Shown here: in pieces, positions 49,701-59,045 of the stretch
Layout of the letters: the number at the start of each line of letters is the position of its first letter
Position numbering within the stretch: position 1 is the stretch's first letter
NCBI GenBank assembly: GCA_049999805.1
Contig: JBNGIO010006191.1
Span: 162,151 to 226,150 of the forward strand
Source of the DNA: Folioceros fuciformis
Taxonomy: Eukaryota
Length of the DNA: 64,000 bases
Direction: 5' to 3'
The notes under the pieces: generated by a model
Seen by the model: the letters and a program-made list of their open reading frames with translations, nothing else
Database searches by the model: none
Told to the model about the DNA's origin: nothing
Program-made: the position numbers and the translations under genes

Positions 49701-49798
49701 GTTCCTTCAGAAACCACAAATTGAGAGCTGACAGGGGAGCTTTTCTGTTCTTACTTGTGCAGGCTCGGAAGGCCAAGTCCAACCTCCGGCTATGGTAA
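46781..49798 (+). CDS. RNI-like leucine-rich repeat protein (TORNADO1 N-terminus-like) made of two tandem modules; probable in-frame intron at about 49664-49761
   Basis: About 1000-aa ORF with LRR segments (LQELDLCG, LSGLALCGNHIG, IGMDEEGAALIARAL...LTQLRIG); module 2 starts about 1320 bp after module 1. Confidence 0.75.
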   Translation: MADPGSEPEPQLLALLADLESESPTLQQLASVDLWGSYFDCDCQDGECQHRGQWHWDVRLRLLTAIGNCHTLATIHLNPLWLLTGCSVREGEALALFSGLQNNPVLQELDLCGYKGFVTTPACRQALTAVVRSTYRSLDFLGLQHVGLTAHGLGDIGAALWRNVSGSVLSGLALCGNHIGNAVGAHHLAQILTNSPALRTLWIGEIGMDEEGAALIARALAQTTTLTQLRIGDAVPGNVPMHIIPLLQALVWPDDSDEFWDSPPPPGPAAFNYSITLLTIDCPGGQEAVEPGLGEALARVLRSNRALDQLWVASFFVTRGLGGLRDNTTITTLQVRHRLSSHDADMDPLLLSILGECNTIQELQLEFEKPFRACGFTKELFQGLKDNKPGVKRLRLDGWDGLDDHMFQDLIQSLPTNTSLEDVSIKGTSWEQQGKTKKLVKTLRDTRVEPHLLALLAELESELPVLQRLPPLDLWGSYFNCTCQDQECYHRGEWQWEVRLRLLKAIGNCRTLRKIRLNPAWRTGYSVTQQEALALFSGLEHNLVLRELDLCGYQGFVTTPACVQALTAVILTSYRSLEVLDLRYAGLSADGLGDIVSALLRNGTSSVLTRLALCGNHIGNAVGAQHLADLLIDSLTLRSISIRNIGMDEEGAVLIAEALAYTSTLTGLRIGDEVPWKPTKTHPAPMLTTLLLQALVWPESSHPTSRGQGLNNEKDGGLITRWKDMGHGFLSGLNHPRSGRGLKDDLMDAVAIPLLQAVPPDQDSARCSGARIPPPTVYNRSVTSLVVECRGGQQVVDPGLGEALGRVLRSNRALSELWIDSFFIACGLESLRESSNITKLKLVHSKHSDDDDMDPMLIEVLQECKTVRHLQLQFEKPFGPCAFTKAFFQGLHSNRSIKRLVLDSWDGLDDDMFHDLMGSLGHDSNNVLEKISCKKTSWEREGYVKIIDSRLALLRATRNRKVCVPAGHPVVFIGSFRNHKLRADRGAFLFLLVQARKAKSNLRLW

Positions 49799-50299
49799 CC
49801 CGTAACCGTTGGTTGCGACTCTCAGGTTCTTCGGATCATTACCAAGTTGTTGCTGATGCAACTGGTCCGAGGAAGAAGCCAAAGATATTCCCAACACGGT
49901 GGCGGGGCACTCGCCCCAACGGAGCGAGTGCTGTCTTTCATTAGTGCCCCATATCGCCCGACGCGTGCCATCTGTATACAGTATGTACATACCGTTATCT
50001 CGCATTCAGATATGGGAGGAGTGAGATTTCGAAGGAACGAAAATCACCATCCCTGGAAGACGAGACGTGACCACATCCTGCATCTGCTTTATGCGAGCTA
50101 GCACGCCGCCAGCAAAATCTTGGTCGAGTACCAATCTCTGCCTCTCAAATTTACATGAGTTGCTCCACGCCACGTCATGTCAGGGGTAATAGGATAGATG
50201 AACAGATTCCAAGAAAACGACAAGCGTACCCTGAGCAGGGATTTACGCTCCCTCTTGTCTGAAAAGGGTCAACCCACAAACAACCAAACCTCCAGGAGC

Positions 50300-52920
50300 C
50301 CAGCATCTTCAGTTCCCAGAATTTGTGGGTGGGTACGGGGTTTACCGGCGATGGTCGTCGCCAGGAGCAAGAGCATCTGTAGCAACAATTTTTTGTGTAC
50401 CGTATCATGCCGTAGGATCACAGACGAGCTTATAAGATCTACCGATCGTCAGACTTCCGGCGTGAGTGGTCCGGCGAGGTTCCGTGGTAAACCATCACCT
50501 GTAAGCCAGCGTGGGTGATGAGCAGCCGTTACCTTGGATATGCACACGGGTGATGGTATCCACACTACCCGACCTTCCAAGCTGAGCTTTCTGGACCTGG
50601 CAGGCGTGCGTGATCGGGATGGGCGTAGTAAAGGTTGGAACCGTGAGCATGTTGTATCAGGAAGGGGAGCTTCATGAGGCCTTCGGAGCCCTGGAATCTC
50701 TGGCGCAGAGACTCTGCTATTTCTCAGTCTCTGTTTTGCACTGTCCTAAAACAGAATTTGGTTATGGGGCGACATATGCACAACTTCAGTGTCAAACTTG
50801 GGTACAATTCGATTGCATCCAGGGCGAACTGCATGTATATAAGTACATTCAGGTAGGGTATAGGAGGCCATGGATGTGTTCAGCAGGTAGGCAAAGCAGA
50901 TGTTTTCGCCTTTCTTCCAGCATCTCTGCATACGCTAAACATGGGAAACCTAATGAGGCAGTGCGTTGGTCCGGAGTGAAAGTGAAGGCTATTGCTTACG
51001 TCTTTGTCGCTGCTCTTTCAGCTTGTGCATCTTCTGCTGACTTGGAATCTGGCAAGGAAGTGCACTGTGATGCAGTGCAGGGTGGCATTTCTCCCGGCTT
51101 GTTTGCTGGCGCCAGCCTGGTGGACATACATGCAAAATGTGGTGAACTGAAACATGCACGCCTGGGTTTTCATAGCATGGGCACAAAGAATATGGTGACA
51201 TGGAGTGCCCTGATAGCTCGGTATGCAAACTGCAGTGACTGAATAATGCACGTGAGGTTTTTCACAGTATAACCGGACAGGACGTGGTGACGTTGCTCAT
51301 CTTTTGGCAGCAATTCTTGGCAAACATCGGTCTGAATCTTATTTCTGGTTTCATACAGAAGGGCAGGCGCTGCTCTCACTGATTGTTGAATGAGGTCTGC
51401 TGGATGGCAAACTGGTGAGCAACCGCTTGGTGGACACTTATACAGAATGTGGTGAACTGAACTGTTCGTTGTCCGCGTAAGGTGTTGTGGCTTAGATGGG
51501 TATACACAGTAAGGACTCGGTCAAGAGGCGCTTGACTGCATGGACAACTGGACCTCAATTTGGCTGAAAATTTTACTTTCGCTTGCCTGATGGCGCTGAT
51601 GACTCTCAAAAGGTCAAACAGCTGCACTTGCAGACTAACGCAAGAGGACTGCTGGATAACACACTGGTGGGCATGCAAGCAAAATGTGGTCAACTGATGA
51701 TGCACGCCAGATTTTTAACAGCTCGGCCACACACCTCGGCAAAGCTCCTTTTTTCTTAACAACTTTCCCCCGAAACCATGGAAGAAAAGGGGCATTGAAG
51801 TGAAAAAAAGTGGCACCCATGAATCCTAGTTTTTGAGAAAAATGACTTTTAGATATTTTTTTAAGAGAAAAATAATTTTCTATTCCATATGCTAGAAAAT
51901 ATATCTCTTCTGGGTATTATCACATAAGTTATATCACATAAGTTTTTATTTCTAAGTAATAAAAAACAATTTTCATTAAAACAATTTTAAATCCCCAAGT
52001 AAAAATTATTTGCCAAGGTCTGCAATCAATGGTGCCCTAGAGAACGGCAGGCATCTGCACTCACAAATTGTGGAACGAGGACTGCTGGATAACATAGTGT
52101 TGTGCACCTAGCTGGTGGCCATATCTGCAACACGTGGTGAACTGCAAGAGGCACGCCAGGTGCTTGACAGCAAGTTCCCTGACATCTGGGTATGGTGCTT
52201 GCGATGGTGGCCAGATACTAGAGCTCAAGCTTGTTTTGAGAAGATTTCTTTTGTCGCTAGTACACAGCCTGCTCTTTCTCCTTTGAGTAGCAGCTAGTCA
52301 TGATGGACTAGTCCACCGTCTGATTCCATCGCTGAACGGTGATGCATCCTACTATTGAGCACTACACCGGCGTGATCTTCTTGATCGAAGGGGCCATTTA
52401 GATGGGGCAAAGACGATGCTATTATCATGTCAAGGTACAGGGGCATTGACGCCTTCGTTGAATGCTTGCCAAAGTTACAGAAAAAGAGGGGGGCGATGTG
52501 GTGTCTTGAAAGCAGTGATAGACTGGAACGTCCTGGTGTGGTTGTGAAGGCTTTGTGGGGCTGGTTCCCCAGGCACGCACATGTGCTGATGGCAAATTCG
52601 TATGCGGACGCGGGTAGGGGGGCCGATGTAGACAGGACTCAGACACAGAAAAGTGGCAGGAGGTAGCGAGAAACTTGCAGTCGGGATTATTGAGCTGAGT
52701 AAGCCGGTTCAGGTTCTGGTTGGTGTAAGGAGAGGATGTTGGGCTCAACGTATACAATACCAGTGCACGTGTGAAGCAGGAAGGTCACAGAATTTGTGTT
52801 GAAGCCACAGTATGAGAAGGTGCTTGCTAGATGTGCCCACCATCTACCTCCGACTTTGAGTGGGACACCACTGGTAGTCGAGAAGACTCGGTGGTGTGAG
52901 TCTATTTCCTTTCCGACCAT
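50300..52920 (+). pseudogene. Decayed PDF-PPR-DYW:KP paralog, opposite orientation to the intact copies
   Basis: Remnants RQEQEHL, GTVSMLYQEGELHEAFGALESLAQ, AYAKHGKPNEAV, ACASSADLESGKEVH, AHVLMANSYADAGR and SGTPLVV, with many frameshifts and stops. Confidence 0.85.
51730..52022. mobile_element. AT-rich MITE-like insertion in the PPR pseudogene
   Basis: CACACCTCGGCAAA (51730-51743) versus reverse complement CAGACCTTGGCAAA of 52009-52022 (12/14 match); abrupt AT-rich interior; no clear TSD. Confidence 0.5.
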
Positions 52921-53284
52921 CAAAAATACAGTCACACTGAACTTAATTTCTACTTAGTTATTCGAGCCAATATCTGTTTAGGCACTCAAGCCTGAACTGT
53001 AACTTCAATCACAATCTGAGAGAATTTCAATCATGGTCTCTTGGCCATTGCAACATTTGTCGACTTCTTCAGGCGCAATCAGAATTCATTGGAATAATAC
53101 CCAATCCTTCAAGGAAACACAAATGCGAATTGGTGAATGTGCCGCATCATGTTCGTAGCAGGAGCACCGGATAACCGCTGGGGAAAACCTCCAGTTCGCA
53201 TTACACAAATTACCCAGTTGAAGTTGCGAGTGGCGTCTTAGCCACCCGTAGATACCATTGTCGTATTTAATATACAAGGAACTT

Positions 53285-54192
53285 TCACGGCAAAGCTTCC
53301 GGAAACAAGAGCTTCAACCTGGATTTGAGAGAGTCTTCAATCGTGGTCGGTTCGGCCATAGCTCCGTTTCCGACGTCGCCACAAGCAAGCACTTTCGGAA
53401 TAGGACTAATTATCACAACGCCAAGTTCTTCAAGAACCTTCAAATGCGGCTTGGTGAAAGGACTATCCCACATCAACGTGTTCATAGCTGGAGCGACAAA
53501 GAACGGCTTTGAAAAATCCCAAGCTCGCACGATGCAAGTTACCAAATTGTCACAAATGCCATTGGCAACCTGCAAAAGGACAGAAACAGTGAGCTAATTG
53601 CACTGCACCATCTCGGCAGTATGAACCTGTGTAGACAAATGAAAGTAGACGGACTGCGACCTACACAAGGGTGACCTGCACGAAGTCCTGATGTAGGTCA
53701 ACTTCTCAGTATACCAGACACAAGTCTAGGATGTATGAGAACGAGACCGAAACACTCTTGCACATTAGGAGGGGTCAAAGTTAGAGTAGATCTCAAATCT
53801 TCGACAGTGACAAAAATGTGCGTGACCTACGACATAAATCAAGACGCCAATGGGCAATCATGGGATGTTCTGACCTTAGCAAGCGTGTTGGCAGAAAGAG
53901 GGGCAATCACTAAGGCATCGGCCCATCGCCTTAACTCAATATGAAGGACAGTGTCCCCTTTCTTCGTCCAGCTTGACCACTCGTGTTCATCGGTATACAA
54001 TGCCACACCGGGTGACAGAGATCTGGAGTCGATGAAGTGCAACGCCGACTTGGTGACTACAACGGCTACCTCCGCCCACTGCGACACGCCGACCGCAAGC
54101 GCAGTGAGCTTTATGGCTGCCACGCTTCCTGTCGCCGCAACGATGACGCGGGGCTTCCTCGGCTTGGACTCGACACCGCCACCGGACGCCAT
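53285..54192 (-). CDS. HAL3: Phosphopantothenoylcysteine decarboxylase (HAL3 flavoprotein); exons 54192-53875 and 53569-53285
   Basis: KPRVIVAATGSVAAIK, VLHIELRRWADALVIAPLSANTLAK-VANGICDNLVTCIVRAWD, APAMNTLMW, LACGDVGNGAMAEP; the catalytic His and Cys are present. Confidence 0.96.
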
Positions 54193-54238
54193 ACGGCCAC
54201 AAAACCTAATGTCCACAGCAGCCCATACGACGGTGTCC

Positions 54239-54665
54239 TCGGGCGTCAGCCACAGTCCGCCCAGCAGCAGGGACCGTACACTGCGCTCTTCTGGCACGGA
54301 GCTTGTCCTGCGGCTTCCTGCTTAATCCAGTTTGCTGCCCGCTTCACCTCTTGTTGCACGGTTGAGCAAAACATTAGTTGCCAAGACACGCAAGGGGCCG
54401 TTCGAGAACATCCACAAGCGGGATGTCACAGACCACTTGCCTACAGCAAGCGGCTAGCTGATACTTCAGCACATTGCACTCTCCAAAGAAATTAGACACG
54501 GAATGTTCGGGACACCTCTTGAACTGCTTGACGCTCTGCACAGGAAGCAACTTGAAGACTCCACTAATCGCATCCCAACTGCTGCACAAGCGAGACATCC
54601 TTGATCGCGGAGTTCACTTACGTTCGGGCACACAGGATCCTGGCGGAAAGCCAGCTCTGGCAGGT
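54239..54665 (-). pseudogene. Disabled CMC2 copy directly upstream of the intact HAL3
   Basis: Homologous to 57722-58151, but the ATG-CAT start is missing, the intron-2 acceptor is GTGCAA instead of GTGCAG, the last exon has a net 2-nt deletion, and the TGA stop is CGA. Confidence 0.85.
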
Positions 54666-55188
54666 TTTTGCCCTAGAGTGCCACCAACGTGCTAGTGGGT
54701 ACTTCAAAATATGGAACGAGTGATCGGAGTGCCCTATAACCACAAACGTCACCGGACCCGGGCCCAACGACTAGCCCCCACCGGGAACAACAGGTCAAAT
54801 GTTAACATGTACATCTTGCTTTGTTTTCTTGATGATAACAGAAACTCAACTTCTGATCTCGTCCTCCGCTTCACATAGAATACTTAAATTAGTTGTACTT
54901 GGGGGTTGATTTAGGGTGATTGCCGGTCTTCGTGAGTGATAGAAGGAAGAGCAACAAGAAGTTGACGATGGTGGCACCATGGGAGGCAAAGAAGATCCGC
55001 GCATACTAGGCAAACTACGAATTTAGGTGTAACGCATATCTCTATCGTCGGACAAGATCTCTGACATACCAAAGAATTTTTGCAGATCTTGTCCAGCAAT
55101 GGAGAGCAGCCAATCACAAGACCATGGAAACTGTATCTAATACAAAATCCACATTATGGGATATCGCCTTATTCACCTCAATATGCAT

Positions 55189-56540
55189 TCAAGCCGCTGT
55201 TACGGAGCTTTTCCGTTTTCTTCTGAAGTACACGGTCCAAGAGTATATTTCCAGTACCATAGCAATGCCCGCTAGTATCGCCAACACTGCAACATACACT
55301 TTCCTTCTGCTGCTTTGGTCAAGGCCGACGTGTGCAAAGAGATTGAAGCCAAGAAATATGTTGGTGGTTGCCAGAAGAATGGCGAGGTAGCCAGCTGTAT
55401 GGTGGTAAAGATTCCACAAATAACGAACTTTGTGCTCTTTGTGTGGCCGCAGGACAAGTGCCAGCACCTATCATCAGTAGCAAACACAGCGCAAATGTCA
55501 GTTCATCTCTGCAAGAAACTATCATTTTTTAGTTCATGCAAACACTAGTCTTAGAGGAGAGAGAAGCACCTGAAGTGTAGATAGCGCGAAGACAACTGTA
55601 CCAATAGCCCCGTGAGTGATACGTTTGTCATCTCGGTTGTCCACTGCGTATCGCAACCTGATTCCGACAGCCCAGCCTGCCAATCCGAGGATGTACCCCG
55701 ACACTTGGAAGGTTATGTGAGCATAGAACCAGATAGGGTCAAGGGACTTGAAGGGCCTAGCGTATCTGGCGACAATCACTCCAACAGGTAGAAGGAAGCC
55801 CCAGGCCACGGCGTTCAGGATTGCATGATTCTGTACGAAATGGGAGCACAGAGTTTAGTCTGCAGTAAAGTATAGCAGATCCACACGGAGAAGCATAACG
55901 CACAGGTACCCACAAATTTGAGCTGCCGGTAAGGATAAACTCCTGGAGGGGCAACTCCAGGACCCCTGCTTGTCAGGGAAATGGTGGAGAAGTAGTTCTC
56001 GTAATCGTTGCCATTATCATGTGCCACAGGCACGCCACCTCTAACAGGTCCAGAATTCCACAGCAGATTCAAGGACTCCGCACTGTACAAAACGGAAGCG
56101 AAGATCTTCACGGTATCCGTGCCGAACTCTGCAGAGTAGTTAAGAGCGGTGACAAGTCGCTCCCCGGGAGTGGTGAGCGGCTTACCATCGTTCTGGCTGC
56201 GGCCCATTTGGAAGGGCTTCACAACCGTCAGCCCAGCAACATCTCGCCAAGCTAGAAAGGCAGCGGAACCCGACATCCTGGCGGGGTGAAGGGGATTGAT
56301 CCCCCATCCTGACCACCGCTGGGTGGTTGCCGTAGTGTGAGCAGTGTAGGCACCAAGCAGTGTACCGTCATCATGGCTCCACGCGAAGGAAGCCCCGTTG
56401 GGTAGGCTCAGGCAAGCACCCAAATTCAAAACTGACCCATTGATCTCGAAAGTCTGGCTACACTGCTGCGAGTAAACCAAACCCTGCAAAATGCACAACG
56501 CAGCAGCTGAACACCACAGCACAATCAAGGAGGATGTCAT
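55189..56540 (-). CDS. DOMON + cytochrome b561 protein (AIR12/CYBDOM family); exons 56540-55914, 55830-55570, 55467-55189
   Basis: Signal peptide; DOMON WSGWGINP...MSGSAAFLA; b561 HAILNAVAWGFLLPVG, WFYAHITFQ, THGAIG, LQVLALVLRP, WNLYHHTAGY. Confidence 0.93.
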
Positions 56541-56779
56541 CGTGAAATTTGAAAAGGATCTGACGCTCTAACTGTCACCACTACCTTCACCTGATGAGCT
56601 CGGCCCAGGTCCTATTAGTCTAGTACGCGATTCGCGAAATCCAACTGGCCCTTTCTCGGAAGCCCGGCTTGCTCTTGCCTCGAATGTTCGGGCACTAGTC
56701 GGCTCCTGCAGTAATTCGGCACCGTACAAAATAGCTAAGGTACATATGGTGGGAGCCGTAGGGTCTGTACTGTTGCAGG

Positions 56780-57675
56780 TAGCAAAAGTCGATCTCGAGT
56801 TGAGTACATATGTGTGGTTGGTTCGGACATTGCTCCATTACCGACTTCTCCAAGACAAGAATTTTGGAAGAGGATTGATGATGATAGCATCAAGTTCTTC
56901 AAGACCCTCAAAGACGGCTTCTAAAGATGGACTTATCCCACGTCAACGTGTTCTGCGAAGGGGCAGCCAAAAACTGGTCTCGAATAATCCAAGCTCACAC
57001 GCTGCAGGTACCAAGTTGTCACAGATGCCATTTGCACCCTACACAAGAACAGAAGCCGTGAGAACGTTGGACAACACTGGGGACATGAATACGCTAGTGG
57101 AACGTGTACGGAGTGTGGCCTACACGAAGTTCTCAATGTAGGTTTACATCGTAAACCCGAGACAATTCTAACAGGGCTAGCGCTCTGTGAGAACGATACC
57201 AAAATAGTCAGGCACATGATCAGGAGTTGAGGTAGGCGTGGATCGAAATCGTCGAGGGTGACAAAAATGTGCGTGATTTCTGACATCCAAACCTCAGTAC
57301 GCAATCACAGGGCGCTCTCACCTTGGAGAACGCGTTGTGAGAAAGAGGGGCAATGTTAAAGGCATCAGCCCATCGCCATCGTTCGATATCAAGCACATTG
57401 TCCCATTCTCCTCCACCTTGACCACTCCTCTTATCCGTGGACAATCCAACACCAAGTGACAGGCGGCAGCTGAACCGGTGTACAATCCAACAAAAGGGTG
57501 AGTGACAAAGGGCTAGAGTCCATGAAGTGCAACTCAGATTTGGTGAGGCTACCTCCGCCCCACTGGGACGTGCCGATAGCAAGCGCAGTGAGCTTTATGG
57601 CAGCCAACCTTGCAGTAGCCGCCACGATGGCGGGAGACTCCTTGGCTCGGAGTCGGAACCGCCACCAGAAGTCAT
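56780..57675 (-). pseudogene. Frameshifted HAL3/PPCDC duplicate
   Basis: Starts MTSGGGSDSEPR then frameshifts to a TAA after 26 codons; remnants AIVAATARLAAIKLTALA, WRWADAFNIAPLSHNAFSK and ANGICDNLVP; same intron position as the intact copy. Confidence 0.9.
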
Positions 57676-57721
57676 GCGGCCGCAAAACCTAGTCCCCGCA
57701 ACACTGCATGACAAAGTGTCC

Positions 57722-58151
57722 TCAGGAATCAGCCACGGTTTGCCTAGCGGCAGGCACCGCAACTTGCGCTCGTCTGGCACGGAGCCGTTCCTGCGACTTC
57801 TTGCTTGCTTCAAGGTTTGCTGCACGATTCACCTCTTTCTGCACGGGAGAGCAAAAACTGAGCTGCCATAGCACGCGAGGCGCCACTCAACAAATCCACA
57901 AGCGGGATGTCACAAACCTCTTGCCGGAAGCAAGCATCCAGCTGATACTTCAGCAAATTGCACTCGCCAAAGAATTTGGCCACGGGATGCTCGTCATGAC
58001 ACCTTCTGAACTGCTTGATGATCTGCACATGCAATTGGGAAACTTCACACACTGCATCCCAAGCGCTGCACAGACAAGTCATCCCCTGGCAAAGCAGTTC
58101 GCTTACGTCCGAGCAACTAGGATGCTTGTGCAAAACCAGCTGTGGATGCAT
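57722..58151 (-). CDS. CMC2: Mitochondrial twin CX9C COX assembly protein (Cmc1/CMC2-like), 88 aa; exons 58151-58107, 58022-57918, 57838-57722
   Basis: MHPQLVLHKHPSCSD-IIKQFRRCHDEHPVAKFFGECNLLKYQLDACFRQE-KEVNRAANLEASKKSQERL...; two CX9C motifs; GT-AG phase-0 introns. Confidence 0.92.
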
Positions 58152-58418
58152 GACGTCGCTAACAGTTGGCCCTAGATTGGCACGCGGTCTCTACCACACC
58201 ATCGGCTCCCGAGGCAAAGGTGAAAGTAGAGACTGCACCGTGAAATACATCTGCGTTTTAAATCCACGAATAAATGGTCCGTAACGAAATACATACGTTT
58301 TGTATTATGTGTAGTGCCAATGTTGTCGTCCTCTATATGGTCCGTGACGAAATACTTACTGAAAAAGAAAATCGTGTAGAGGAAACATTGTCACTAATGT
58401 GCCTCCCACCTCCCATCA

Positions 58419-58502
58419 TGTCAGAAGTGGGATTTGAACCCACGCCCCCTTTCGAAGACCAGAACTTGAGTCTGGCGCCTTAGACCACTCGGCCATCCTG
58501 AC
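58419..58502 (-). tRNA. tRNA-Leu (CAA)
   Basis: Reverse complement GTCAGGATGGCCGAGTGGTCTAAGGCGCCAGACTCAAGTTCTGGTCTTCGAAAGGGGGCGTGGGTTCAAATCCCACTTCTGACA has A and B boxes, a CAA anticodon and a long variable arm. Confidence 0.97.
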
Positions 58503-59045
58503 TTCCTCATAACTTTCCATGACTTTTTAATTATTTAACTTAAAAATCTAATCCCACCAGAAATCTATGCACCTCGATAGTTGTCACTACGCCGGGTTTC
58601 ATGTTACCTCCTGCTGCCACTCTCAAGGTCTGGATCCTGTCTGCATCAGCCCACCTGCTTGCATCTGGGCACCACCTAACATGAGTAACTTTATCCCCGT
58701 CGTCGTCGTCACTAATTGATAAAAGAATTAGGGAGCTTTAGTGCGTGAATGAGGTTCTACCCCTTCCCAAATCTTAGTCCCTTTGTGTAGACGGTACTAG
58801 GCATCTCACGAATCAGACCGCTTGTTAAGCATTCCTACCACGGGTTGTTTTGATTATTCAAAATTTCAATTGTTTTTCGAAACTCTAGTCAGTATTCACA
58901 ACAGCGTTACACAAAGGAGTACAATCCGTGTTTGAAAAGACAGCTTGAATAGTACCACTTTCAAGAATCACTATTGGCTAGGTGCAGCTAGATCCAACGA
59001 GTGTGTGATGTGACTCTCCATGTTTTATTCGTGCCTCTAGCCCAC

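Noticed and set aside
54655-54665. CTG as a non-AUG start rescuing the copy-1 CMC2
   Set aside because: The lost splice acceptor, frameshift and lost stop downstream indicate decay regardless of initiation.
58152-58418. tRNA-Leu/CMC2 dicistronic read-through
   Set aside because: A TTTTCTTTTT Pol III terminator lies about 50 nt downstream of the tRNA on the minus strand; nothing else supports read-through.
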